From Cycas panzhihuaensis (lineage: Eukaryota > Plantae > Cycadophyta), in contig CM041465.1 in NCBI GenBank assembly GCA_023213395.1, positions 178,691,741 through 178,755,740 on the forward strand: a DNA stretch of 64,000 nucleotides, written 5' to 3'. The notes beneath the pieces were generated by a model. It worked only from the letters and a program-made list of their open reading frames with translations, was not told where the DNA came from and ran no database searches. The position numbers and the translations under genes were made by a program. Shown here piece after piece: positions 41,441 through 56,012 of this stretch. The stretch's first letter is position 1; every line of letters begins with the position of its first letter.

Positions 41441-42164
41441 TGTTGATAAAAAACTCTTGTAGAGTGATAAAACATGATATTTGTTATTTTTCAGCTATGC
41501 ACCTACATAAATCTGAAGAAATCTGAAATATCTTTGTTATAGCACAAATATAACTCAAGAATAAGTAAGTCTTGATGAAAAATATATGAAACTGGTGAAA
41601 AACTTACGCAGAAAATGAATGTAACTAATATTGATTGCTTGTAAGTAGATCTGCCTCAAAATCTTCTTGCTTCTTTGAAAAAACTTCAACAATAGATCAT
41701 AAACCTACTCTGATACTAGATGATGGAAAAATAATGTAGCCCCAAGTAGCTTTGATACTAGATGAAGGAAATAGAATGTAAGGAGAACATGGAAGAACAT
41801 AAACTAATCTTCAATATATCAATACTTCAATACATTGCTGTTACATAAACTGAAAACTCATTGTATTCAATCCATTATGATAGAGAAAGCTTTACAAATT
41901 TCCCAATATGGGCAGTGTCTAAAGACACCAGGGTTGCACACCCCTCAATATTTATAATTTTGGGGGAGGAGGAAAACTCCTCAACCCCTGAAATTTAATT
42001 TATTATAAAATAATACAAACTTAACTTAAAGTAAACTTAACTCAAATTAATATTAACTTACCTACATATGTTGAGCATCCACATATATAAATTGAAGAAG
42101 ATAAGGTGTGCTCCCCTAGTTGGAAGGCGGGATTGGAGTGATGACTATTAACTCCAACAATCTC

Positions 42165-45100
42165 AGCCACTAAAAGTTTACATCCTCATTGATATCTACA
42201 CTTCTAGTCCCAAGGAGCATATTCAAATGTGCTTAAAAATTAATATCTTATTTTTGTTAAAAAATGCCATATCCAAAGCTATGACAGTTGAAGCGAAATT
42301 TATAGTAGAATGCTCAACTACTTTTAGGAGAGACTCTTCTTAGTACCAATGACCCCATCAACTTGACCAGTAGTATCCACACCCCTGATCAAATAAACAC
42401 CAATGATCGATACCAGATGCCCTTACAAGTTTAGTTCATGTCCCATTGATAGAAGCAAATTATCATTTAAAGGTTAGCCTCTATCTTAAATGCTAAAAAA
42501 AAAGGGTTCCTAGACACATAAAAGCTATGTAAACTAAGGCATATGATCTTCACTATAAACCCACATATTAGTAAGGATTATAAAGTTGAAATGACACTCA
42601 AACGTAGTGAAGTCCCTTAAGACCCCCTTTTACCAATTTCTTAACTAGATGCATCCCTATCAATAGTTTCTTCCTCATCTTGCCCTAAACCACTCCATGT
42701 CAAAGGCACCTTATGGAAGTCATCGATGTTAATATTGATTGATGGTGATGTGTTATTTAATTTTATAAACATATCTTTGGCTTGGTAATTAAACTTATGT
42801 ATTGCCTTGAAAATAAGGTTCACCTGCTCCTTACTAGACCATTAAAACTTACACTATGTAGGTACCATAAAAAATCCCCATCTTTAAATTAGTATATATA
42901 GACTTACATATGATATCTTTACCTTATATATAGGAGGATTGGATACCATCCTCAGAGTCCAATGGCTTTAAACATTAGGCATATACCTAATTAATTCCCC
43001 TACGAACCCATTTCTTGTATTTAAGGATTACATAGGCCAAACATATAAATTATATGGGATCTAGTCACCACCTAACCGACTAGTATCCCTTAATCAAATA
43101 TGTAAGATTTTAAATAATAATGTTGGGTACATCATCTATATTAATAATATTCAACATTCTACAAATATCCATCCTCTTATACAATCTCTTCTTAATAAAT
43201 ATCAATCAGTATTCATACCCCTTCCAACCATTATCCTACTTGGCTGTCAATTTTATCATACAAACAAACTCAAAATATCACACAACCCTATTAGCCTTCA
43301 ACCTTATAGGAATTCATATTTTTAAAAGAATGTAGTTGAAATGATAACAAATGAACTAATAGATATAGGCATCATTTGACCCAGTAAAATCCTATATGCT
43401 ACCTCCATTGTCCTAGTAAGAAAAAAAGACAGATCCTTTTAAGTTTGCATTGATTACCAAGAACTTAATAAAATCATAATAAAAAATAAATTTTCTACCC
43501 CTCAAATCAACAATATTCTTATTGAAATATATGGGAAACAATATTCTCCAAATTAGTTTAACTATTATCAAATCCCTATCAGCCTCGAGGACCACCCCAA
43601 GATTGCTTTCTGAATGTATCATGAGTACTTCGAATTCTAGGTGATGTCTTTTGGCCTTTGTAACGTGCCAATAACTTTCCAAGCATTAATCAATACAATC
43701 TCCAACTCTTACCTCCACAAATTTATAATTTTTTTTTTTTATGACATACTTGTCTATAGTTAGAACTTAGATAATCACTTATAACATCTCTAGCCAGTCT
43801 TATAAATCCTTGCCCAATACAAACTACATGCTAAATTACATAAATATAAATTTAGAAACACTGAACTACAATACCTTGGATATATTATTTTAGTAAAAGG
43901 AGTCCAAGATAATATTGACAAAAATTTCATCATTACCACATGGCCTATACCCAAAACCCTTATGTAGTTACAAGCTTTTGTAGGACTCATAGATTTTTAT
44001 AAATGACATAGCCTATGGCCAAAACCCTTATGCAGTTATGAGATTTTATAGGACTCATATTTTTATAGATGATTTATTTGTAATTATGCCTTATTGGCAT
44101 CCCCACTCATAAATTTACTTTGTAAAGAGGCATTGTAGTAGTCACCAAAGATAAAGCAAGCCTTTAATAATCTTAAAATCATTATAACCTCCACCCTTAT
44201 TTTCATAATGCTTGACTTTTCCCAACGCTTCCAATTAGAATGTGATGCTTTAAGATATATCATAGGTGTTATCCTCATATAAAATTTTCACCCAATAGCT
44301 TTTGAAATCCATAAACTTAAAGAGAATAAATGTCATCTTTTAATTTACCAAAAATAAATGCAAGTTATTCTATATGTTATCAATAAGTGGTGATAATACC
44401 TTTTGGGGTCTTGATTCACCATCCTCACAAAACACCATAACCTACATTACCTCTTAAATTAATCAATCCTATCAAAAGAACAAGTTAAATGGATTGACCA
44501 TCTATAAGTTTTTGACTTCTCTATTAAATATAGAAAAGATAAAGAGAACATGGTTGCTGGTGCCCTTTTCCACATTTTGTTAGAGCTCCCCAATGATAAC
44601 CCTAGTATTTATGCCATCTCTAATCCTGAGCCATTATGGTTAGTAGATTTGGCAATAGAGAATCTCTCCCATACAAAATTTGATAAATGGGCATCCAAAG
44701 TTCACACCCACAAAGATTGTTCCTCCTATAATTCTCAACTTTTATATTGAATTAAATATTTTATTCACCCTACCTCCTTATTCATTCCCTAAATATTGAC
44801 CGAATACCACTCCATCCCTCTTGGCAGTCACTCTAGCTTTATCAAAATGTATAAATGGATTTAATCTAACTTCTTTTAGCCTAATATGAAATCTATCATC
44901 CTCTAATTTCTTTTTAAATTCAATACTTACTAGAGGCATAAGGTTGATATAAAAGCTCAACCTACACTCCTCTAACCTTTGAATATAACTCAAGATGAAT
45001 GGTAGGATATTACTATGGATTTCATCGTTAGGTTACCATTTTCCTCTAGGTTTGATTTAATATGGGTCATCATTAATAGACTCACTAAGTACATATATTT

Positions 45101-46040
45101 CTTACCTATTCAAACTTTATATAAAGCTTTTCACCTGGTTAATCTTTATATCTATTTGATTTTTTGTCTCCACGGCTTCCTATCATTAATAGTTTGTGAT
45201 CAAGACCTAAAATTTATAAGAACATTTTGGCAAGAACTCTTTCAGGTATTAGGAACTTCATTTAACATGAGCTTAGCTTACCATCCACAAACTCATGACC
45301 AGTTTGAAGTTCTAAACAAGACATTAGAAACATATTTATAATGCTTTATGTTAGAACATAAGTATAAATAGACTATATAGTTAGCTCTTACAAAATACTG
45401 GTACAACTCTTCACACCACTTAGTAATTGACATGTCACCCTTCATGGACCTTTTATCAATACCCACCTCTATCTCACCACACTCTTTCCATTAATTTCTA
45501 TAATGCCATAGTCAAATAACAACTCTAATACATGGATGGGATCCTACATACACTTAAGCAAAACCTTGTAGCAGCACAAAATTATATGAAATAACTTGTT
45601 GATCACTGTCATTTTGATCAATCGTTTGACATGGGTGATTTCCTATTCCTTTGAATTTAACTGTATAATCAATAATCCTTTAAATATTATAAAAACCAAA
45701 AGTTAATCTCCCACTATTATGACACTTATAAGGTCCTTCAATGAATTAGTGAAATTGCATATGTACTCGAACTTCCTCCTTATATAAAAATCCACAACGT
45801 ATTCTATGTCTCATGCCTTAAGAAGACCCTAGGAAAAATCATAGTACTTAATCTACCTTAATAATTTTGGATGAAGAATAACACTTTACTATCTTGATTG
45901 TCTTCTTACTAATTGTCAATGTCACCTTTAGAATAGAACCATTTCTGAGTACTTGGTATAATGGGCCAATTATTCACTAGATGAAGCTATTTAGGAATAT
46001 GCCAAATTTATTAAGTGACATCTCTATTTTCTTCTTGATT
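42165..46040 (+). pseudogene. Element A gag C-terminus, protease, RT, RNase H, integrase, chromodomain (degenerate)
   Basis: ORF 45015..45341 MDFIVRLP...AYHPQTHDQFEVLNKTLETYL (integrase core); RT motifs 43380-43750; LECDA-like RNase H near 44235. Confidence 0.88.
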
Positions 46041-48779
46041 TCGATGACTCACCATCTTAAGGGAGGGGACCTATTACATGACAACTTAACACTAGGTAGA
46101 AATGGTTAAGCTAATACTTTGCTAAGGAGACTTGGTTGGTTAGTGTTTCTTAACTACTAGAAATGACATGGATACCATAATAAATAAGTGAAGGTATATT
46201 TCATATCTTTACATATTTCATTACTTTCTCATATCATGATCTTAGAGTATGGACATGTGTTTCACTTTCTTGATTGTTGACTTGGTGAGCCATATTATAT
46301 ACATTTAATCAATGATGAGTATAACTCTAGTCGTTCGCTGTCAGTCCACCCATTAGGCTCCCTAAGTTGGAACAAATGTTTTAGTACCTTTGTAAGTTCT
46401 TGTAGATCCTTTTTTGGTTTATTTTGAGTCTTGCTTTTATAATTATCTTCTTTATTTTGAACTTATTCTCACTTAGACTTCATCATCTATATACTTGTGG
46501 ACTAATTTCATGCATATATCTCTAAACAACCTTGGTTTCTACCACATCACTTTATTTTTTGCCTATAGCTGTGGTACTACAAAGTTTATTGTGCTACTAC
46601 AAATAATTTTATAGCACTGTAAATAAACTTCATAGTACAACTATTACCTACCCAATTTTGGACCTATTAATGACAATCAACTTATCAAGTACTTTTTGCC
46701 ATTCCTAGGTTGTGCCCATTGATTTGAGATCAATACACGTCAAGTTTTGGTGGCCCAAGAGGCTAAGTCATACTAAAAGCTCCTCTTCCCACATGGTTTT
46801 GATCTAAATCCATGGATAAGATACATGGATTTAGTTCCCTTGTCTTCACCCATATTATGGGCTAAAAACCACTCTTCTCAACCTCACCCTTAGCTATATA
46901 TCCTCCCATTTTTATATTAGAAATGGGAGGTCATGTTGTCTTATGAAGGTATTGCTATCATGCTACCAAATTTTCAAGAGGAATAGGTTGCCACTTGATC
47001 TACCTTATTTTCTTTTTCTTGCTTACTGGGAGGTTCACATTTCAACATCATTGGAATGCCCTCAAGTAGAGTAATTTTAGCTATTGACATCCTCTAGCTT
47101 ATTGGGATGAGGTAATCATTCCACAACCTTATTGGTTAGTGTATTTCCATTACTTTCATATTTGTTTTGCTTGCTTACTTGATAGGTTAAGTATAACTTA
47201 GTCCTATCTTGCTTCTTATATATTTTCTTTTGTCCCTTATTGTCTTTAGGCCCATAGGATTAGAAGAACTTATAAGGAGAAATTAGCATCCAAGTATAAC
47301 TTGAAGTGCTAGTGATATTTATGGGACATATAACCATTTTTGAAGCTTCTGTCTTCTCTCACTTACCAGGTTTGCTTGCATATTTTGATTAGTTATTTAT
47401 TATTATTTTTAAATGCAATGTTGGAGATTGCTAGCCATTATCCTTGTAGGTGTAGCTCTCATCTTTATTGCAAGTGTCAAAGGATTAAGAAGCCACTTCA
47501 CTATCAACCTATACTTGAGCTTAATCACCATATCATCTCATCAAGCTAAGAGCACATACCTACAACTAAAATAGCTAACTCTAATATACTCTATGTTTAT
47601 TTTTACATTTTTTTGTTTTTATCATAAATTTTTTTTCATTATAAGATAGTTTAACAAGCAAAAATATTGCTAGATTTTGCTTAAAAATCCTATATATTCA
47701 AATTGTTTTTGTTTGAGTCATGTCCTAAGCCTACCTTTGACATGCTAAGGGAGATAAAGGTTAAATAAGCATGCCACGTCAATCCCAGGTATGCTCCTCC
47801 TTATTCTCTCTTAGTTATTCTTTTCTTTTAAGCAAGAAAAAAAAAGGAATTTAAACTATGAAGGAAAGGAATAAAAGGAGCTATATTGGGGTTTCTTTTA
47901 CCTTAAGTCCCCCCCCTTGTCTCTTTCAAAGGAAAGAAAATTGAAAAAATAAAACAAAAGTTAAAAAGGGTTACTTTCCTTTTATTAGGCTTTCTTCCTT
48001 TCTTTCCTCAAAAAAAAGAAAAAAAGAAGAAAAGAAATTTGTTTTCCTTTTAGTTATCTCATTCTTCCTTCCCCAAAAGATAAAAAGACAAAGAAAAAAG
48101 GGAAAATAGTTTAAATCTTTAAAAAGAAAAGTAATTCTTATTTTCTTTTCTTGTATGTTACATTACATTATTGTACATCATATTAGATTTTGAGTGTTAA
48201 ATTTAAAATCCTAAGCAAAGGAGAGGATTGCATAGTTGTAAGTCCTTAAAATCATGAGACTAGATTGTGTCACTAACTAGGGTAATTTTCTTGTTTACAT
48301 TAAAATAAGAGAGAATATAGATACATTTAGCTGTGTATGTTCCTTGTAGCTTACCATAGGTTTGCTTCTATTCTTAGACCCATATTACATATACACACAC
48401 TTGCACGTGTTGTCTAAGTTAGGCTGCCCTTTAACAATGTAGAAACATAATCAAGTCTCACACCCATGTCCAAGTGGCATATGGATACCTCAAATGTAGC
48501 ATTAGTTCACACCACATCCCTCACGAATACATTTCCATATCCTAGGTCCCTCATTGTTAGGTTTATTGTGTGCCTTACCTTATTTCTATGCATTCATTGA
48601 TGACCATACTAGGGACTTGCTAGTTGGAAGTTAGCTTAGCACCCAGAGGCTCTTCCCTTTCTTCTCTATTTACTTTTACTTTCTTTAGGGTGTTTTTCTT
48701 AATCTAGAGTATATAAGGATCCTTTGTATATATCCCCTCATCTGTATGAAATTTGTCATGCCTTGAATGTAATGGTTCT

Positions 48780-51700
48780 CTTATCGCTTATATGGCCTCC
48801 CATCTGACTTTGAGCCTTAATACACACTTATTCTTTAAAGTGGCCAAGAGCCACCAATAGTAGGTCAATTCCCTTTCAATTAGGCCTATGAACCCTACAA
48901 CCAAAATTGGCCCTAACCTAAGGGCCCATATCCATATGAGCAACCTACCCAAGGAGGCATGGATTGTACTTACCAACCTCATGAGGATGATGAGTTCTAC
49001 TGGAATCTAATAAGATCCCATACTTATATAATTGGGGGCATCCCCCCTTAGGAACTAGTTCAGGTTCCTAAACCATCTACTCCTCCCTTCTCATTTAGGC
49101 ATGGTTAGTAAGGTAGGCATATTCCCCTTTCTAATAAAACTCACACCCCTTAATAGGACATGATAGAGGCCCTAAGGGCCTAACTTGAGGCATCAGTTGA
49201 AGAGACTACTCTTGCTTGGGCACATTACTTACTATTTAACACCTCAACTTCATCCACTTTAATTCCAATTCCTACTTCAACCTAGTCTATAGCCCTACTT
49301 TTCATGAATATAATGACGACATCCTCGTCTGTTGACACCTCACTTGGGATTAGGCTTGAACCATCTCAAGCCCTTTCTTAATTCATTTCATATATTTCTC
49401 AACAAACAACTTTTACTCCCTCATTGTAGACTTCCATCCCCCAATTAAGTATGGACTAAATTCCTCCTATCAACCCTTCCATCCCTCCTTGTCCCCACCA
49501 TTTAGGACCTATTAGAAGTTCTTTGATTTGCCTCTATCTACACCACATAGACTCTTCATTATATATATGATTAGGATATATGTCCCAATAGTAAGGGTAT
49601 AGGGGCTTTTGCCCCTTATTGGCTTATAAGGTGGATCCTCTCCACCTCTATGGGGTTATTCCTATGATTGGAGGACCATTTGGGTAGAATCATTTACCTT
49701 ACCCATCCTCATCTATGTCCTCTTCTATTCCACCCTTGTATTCCTATATCAAACCTTCGATGTCACCTTCCTTAATGATCATTCCACAAAGGACAATGAC
49801 TCATGCTAACCCCTCATATCACACTCCTTCGTATAGAGGTTCAGGTTATTCTTGACCACCTTTCTACTCTTCATATCCTTACCTTAGCATGACTCCTCCT
49901 TACTAAGTAGGGGGAATGGACCAATCAACCCCATCATATATGCCCCATTAATAGGGGCACATTCCTTACCCTAAACCATTGTCGTATATCAAATACTATT
50001 CCCAACCCTTTTATGTACCATTTAATCCCTTAGTCCAATTGGGGGCATGAACCTTCATGGACTATAGATCTAGTCCCCTCTCCTTGGAGGCATTGCAAAC
50101 CAACCTCCTTCCTCATCCCCCAAAAGTACCCAAGTTTGATGGTACTTCCTCATAAAATCCCACTAATCACACCTGGGTATTTGCCATGGTGTGTATCAAT
50201 TGCTAGGAATATGACTATATTTTAATAAAGTTATTCCCAAGGCCACTTCAAGGAGATACCTTAAAGCGGTTCTACTATCTCCTTGCCTATTTAGTCATTT
50301 GATTCTAGTAGTTGGTTGACATATTTATCAACTACTTTAATGTTGTAAGGTTGTTTGAGAGTGGGGCTAAAGCCCTACTCTCCCTTAGGCAAGGAGTGAA
50401 AGAACTCAACCAAAGACTTCATATAATGATTCCATGACCTCTTTCATTCCTCTAAGAACACATTACCTAAGGACTTAAAGAGAGACATCTTTGTCAATGC
50501 CTTGTGCCTTGAGGTCCATGTGGAAGTCCTTAAGATGGAGGGATAATATGTGACTTGGCCATAACTAAATGCTTGGCCTTAGAATTTGTTGAGATCCAAG
50601 TAGGTATAAAAAAGATCAACAAGAGAACATCATGTCATGGGGCATAGTCTCCCCTATATGACTAAAGGCCCCAATAATCATCTTCTAAACCCTTTGTCAA
50701 TAACACTAATAAGATGATCGACTCCTTCATGTCTCCTATTTACTCTTTCGAGTGAGCACTTAAAGACATGAAGTTACAACCTACTTAATCCACATTAGAG
50801 CCATAGGCTCCCTCTTATAATTATCAACCCATCCATTAAGTCACTTAAACCATGGGCCCATCAAAGGAAGGCCCTAAACCTTCCTAAGAATAGAAACCCA
50901 AATCCTTTTTTGAAAAGAGGTGGTGCTTAGTTCATGGCCATTGTGTCCATGACAACACCTGCTATTGGACTTAGCATCATGAGCTTGCTCCACCATGTGA
51001 CCCACCATTCTAATCTAGTTCAAAACCAAACCTAGACTAACAAATTCATCAAGATCCCTTCACAAACCAGTGTTCTTGAGTAGCCTTCCTAATAATAAAA
51101 TTGAAAAAGTAAGAGGCACCCCCAACCCTAAATAAAGGGGACACCTCCTAACCCTCCACTTGATTAACCCAAGGGCAAGATCCCATTGATCCACCTAGTC
51201 TAATAAGCTCTACAACGTAAAATCCTCCCTATGATTTAATGTTAAGGGGAAATAAGTCATCCGCATATTGGAGGCCACCCTAGTATACCCAATGATTTAT
51301 GCCCAAGCGACTAAGGAAGCTGGGAAGCTTCTACATCTCAACAACTACTTATAAATCCTTCTCCTATAGAAATCCCCATTATCCCTAAGACCATACAGGA
51401 TTGACATGTATGATATAATTTCATAAGAGCTCTTCCCTAACCCACAGGTAAGGAGAAGACCTTCTTAATCATTGAAGAGCTTTGCATGGTATCTATAGGT
51501 ATGTCCATGATGGATATCTTATTGAGTTTCTCCTTAAGGCCCTTGGCCATAAGGATACACCCATTCATGCCATGGCCACAACCTCTCATGGGCCACCTAT
51601 TATCTTATTCAACCCTAATGAGTCACCACTTATTAATGATTAAGAGTGCCATTGGTATTATCCATTCACCTTAACGATCAAGACTCTTGAATTCACTTTA

Positions 51701-54700
51701 AAGAGGATCATTATGGACAATGATTCTTTAATTAATGTTATACCTATCTTGATGCTTGAGAAAATAGGCATAGAGGCTCTGAAACCCATCACTTGGAAAT
51801 GCCAAGGGTATGATAGGAGTGAGAAGGCACCTCTTGGGACTGTGAGCCTACCTTTCACTCTTAAAGATAAAACCATTCGCATTAATATCATTGTCCTCAA
51901 TATTGATGCCAATTATAACCTTCTTTTAGGATGACCCTTGTTGGATCAAATGAAAGTAATTATTCTTCATTATGTGGTAACTCAAATTTGTCCATGAGGG
52001 ACAAGTGTAAGTTATAGCTCATGAGCCCCCTCCTTCTTGAACATAACTTCCAAATTGCCAAGCCATTTTTGATGCCATGGATAGCGATTTGGAACCTCTT
52101 GACCCTTCTATGGCAGCCTTCTTTTATAAGATGGACCCTTATCATGAGGAAGATCCCCCATATCTTGAGTCTAACTTGGTCAACTTTGGTCTTATAGGTG
52201 TAGGTAGCTATGGCTACCTTGCCATTCTTAGTGACCTCGAGTCTAGGGATGGGGGCTTTGAGCCCCCTACATAATAGGTGGCTTTCCTTACCACTTCTCA
52301 AGGGGAGGTACCTCATTAGGATATCTCCTCTCCTTTTGGATCAAAGCTACATGCTTCAGACATTTTCCAATCCCAATAGGATTCTGATGAGAGTGTGCAA
52401 GTATGCTCTTTGCAATGCCCTCCTCATTAAGAATCCCCATTTTTGCGAGCATGGATAGCTCGTTATTTAGCCTAACTCCTCCATAACCAACATCTAAATC
52501 ATCCAAGTGCTGATTTCCCAACATCTAAACTAATAGACATGCGACTTCTCCTTCGATCTAAGTGACTTTTCAAGGAGATGTTCCTTGGCTTATGACTTGC
52601 TTGGACAATGTCCTAGGGGACCATGAAGCCATTCCACTTGAGCTAGGCTCTTTATTAGTTGCCCCCTCTTATCCACATTCTCCACCATAAACCATCAATA
52701 TGCTTTAGCAGATGGGGGATTATTTGAGTCCTATGGTTATGAGGCTTAATCCCAAGCAAGCTCCCCCTACTTATGATTTAGATCAAAGGTCTAAGTCCAT
52801 CTATTTCCACGATGAGTTGGCTAGCAATGACCATTAAGTTCAAGTACCATCTAACCTGACCTTTATGAGTCACCTTATGTTATGCCTTCATTCCAACTCA
52901 TCAAAGGAGTCCCCTCACTATCTTAATTAGGAGATTGATCAATGTAAGGACTCCCTAAGGTTAAATCCAACCATATAGCCCATGTGTAAGATGATTTATG
53001 GGGTGGACTATTTTGAAAATGACGAAGCCTTGGTTGAACACTTAATAGGCTCATCTCTTGGCTCATATCTCAATATCCCTCCAAACCATCACAAGTTGGG
53101 GTTTTGGAAGTGCCTCACTACTGGCTCCCCCCTGGCCAACCCCAAAAATATCCTATAACAAAAATCTTCCTATCTGGGGAAATGAAGGTCATTTTCCATG
53201 CCTCTGACAAGGTCATCAAGATTGGCATTGAATATTCCCTTGAAGAGGTAGAGGAATACACAAAGTTGTTCCATGAGTTTTGAGATATCTTCATATGGAA
53301 CTACATGGACATAAAGGGTATAAGCCCTAAAATTATCATTAATAACCTCACGATGATCCCTACAACCAAATTGATCTAGAAAAAGCAATAACCTCTTTTC
53401 CCCAAATTATTGGCTACTGTGAAGATGGAAGTTGAGAAGTTGCATAACATTGGCCTTATTACATCTACAGATTACCCTAAATGGGTATCCAACATCATGC
53501 CAATTGCTGAGAAGAATAGGGCCATATGCATATACATAGATTTTATGCATATAAATAATGCATGCCCTAAAGATAACTTCCTACTTCCCTTAATAGACCA
53601 ATTTATTGATAGGATTGTTGAGTTTGAAGTCATGTCTTTAATAGATAGGTTCTCAGGGTATAACCAAATCTAAATATCACTTGAGGACTATCATAAGATA
53701 GCTTTCACCACATCTTAGGGAATGTTTGCCTATGTGGTGATGCATTTTGGTCTCAATAATGTTGGCATCACCTACTAATATACCATGTATTTTATTTTCC
53801 ATGATCTCATTAACAAGATTCTTGAGATTTTCATAGATCATCTGATGTGCTTCTCATGTAAGAGAGCTAATTAGCATGCAAACTTGAGAAAAGCCTTCCA
53901 ATGGTGTAGGCAATACCACATGAGCCTTAATCCTCTTAAGTGAATCTTTGCCATTATGTATAGCAAGCTATTGGTCTTTTATGTCTTACAATAAAGGACC
54001 TAAGTTAATCCTGATAAGGTTCATGCCATTCTAGAGATTCCACCTCCAAAATCTCAAAGATAGATTAAGTTCTTTTTGGGTAGGTTAGGTTTTCTACAAC
54101 GATTCTTAGTAGATTTTGCTCTCAATGCCAAATCACTAACCAATCTCCTAAAGAAAGGGATATATTCATTTGGTCCCCTAAAGTCTAAGTGGCCTTTTAA
54201 GAGCTTAAACAAGCTACTATCTTTGCCCCAATCTTAGAACCCCTAGTGTTTGACTACCCATTCATTTTATATATATCATCAATGAAAAAATCAATTTGAA
54301 TTATGCTAGCCCAAGAGGATGACCTTAAAACTAAAAGGGCCATCTATTTTATCAGTCAAATACTTGTTGCCATTAAGATCAATTACACTCCTAGTAAGAA
54401 GGAGTGTTTATCCCTTGTATTCATCATTAAGAAGTTGAGGTACTATCTTTTGGGTAATACTATTAATATGATCATCTAGTCAGATCTATTTTATTATCTT
54501 ATGACGAGGTCTAATTTGATAGGGTGAACTAGGAAATAGGTTATCCTCTTATAGGAGTATGGCTTAAAAATATTAATAGAAAATCTAAGAAGGGGATGGT
54601 GTTTATTGAGCAACTTGCCCATGCACCCCTCCCCAACTTCACTAATGCTCTAATCAACAATTCCTTGATAAAATGATCTTTGCCCTTGAATAAGTTGAGG

Positions 54701-55966
54701 GCCAAAGGCTAATTGATGAGGCTTAGTATGATAACATTGTATGTTACTTGACTTAACAAAGATATCCCAAAGATGCTAGTGAGAAAGTGAAGCTATACAT
54801 AAGGGCAACTGCCTAGCATTATTTCTTTATAGAGGATGTGTTATGCAAGAGATCATTTAAGGAGATCCTCCTCAAATGCATCAACAAAAATAAAATAAAC
54901 CAAATCCTCCATGAATGTCATGATAACATTTGTGGAGGCTATTTTATGGGTTAATTTATGGCTCAAAGGATCCTACATATGGGGTTTGATTAGCCTGTGC
55001 TCTTTAAAGATGCTCACACTTATCTGCAACAATGTTAGAAGTGCTAAGAGGACTCCAATATTGTTCACCAACTATCATAAGTGCTACATGTTATAATGTC
55101 ATCATGGCCTTTTTCTCAATGAAGTGTTAACATTGTTAGAGTTATAACACCTCCATCCTTAGCCCAATATAAGTTTATTCTACCCACATTGAAATACTTT
55201 ACCAACTAGGCTGAGGTAATTCCCCTTTCCTCTATGATGGGTAAGATAATTACCACCTTCATATTTCGACATATCAATTACTGGTTTGAGGTCCTTGATG
55301 TCTTAATCACTAATAATAGAATCCTATTCTACAACAAAGAAATAGATGAGAATTATAAGAGATTCTAAATCACCCACAAGACCTCATCTCCATATTACCC
55401 CTAAGCCAATGACTAGATTGAGGTTTTCAACAAAATATTGGTCAGTATTCTTAAGAAGATTGTGGCCCACTCTCAAATAGATTGGTATCTATAACTCTAC
55501 CTAGTCCTATAGGCTTATCGGATATCCATAAGGATGGCCATGGGCATGAGACCCTTCTCCTTGGCCTATGAATTAGAGGCTATCTTTCCCTTTGAGGTGG
55601 AAATCCTATCTTTACGAGCTTCACTTAAAGATTTCATTGATAAAGTGTGGTGATGCCAAGCCCATCTACTTGACCTTAAATTACTTAATGAGAGTGCCTT
55701 GCCACTTATTAGGTAAACTTAGCATCAATAGTTAAAACCCAAAAGACCCATGACAAAAATATGTAGCATCGACCCTTGGCTCTATGAAATAAAGTTGTTA
55801 AATTAGAGTATCTACATGATTGCTTGCCAAAATTTAATCCAAAACAGGTCAGTCCATTCATCATTCTATAAAGTTTGGCTAATGGAGCATATCAAATTAT
55901 AACTTTGGAGGGCCTCAAGTTTGAGAAATTCATTAATGGGTAGTTTCTTAAGAAATTTTATATCTA
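48780..55966 (+). pseudogene. Element F gag-pol (highly degenerate)
   Basis: ORFs 51713..51934 (protease) and 53410..53673 (RT); ECHDNICGG.F and SPYYP*AN..IE integrase motifs. Confidence 0.85.
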
Positions 55967-56012
55967 ATCCCTCTTATTGTAGGGGGCATTGTGCTTTAAA
56001 ATGAGCTTAAAC

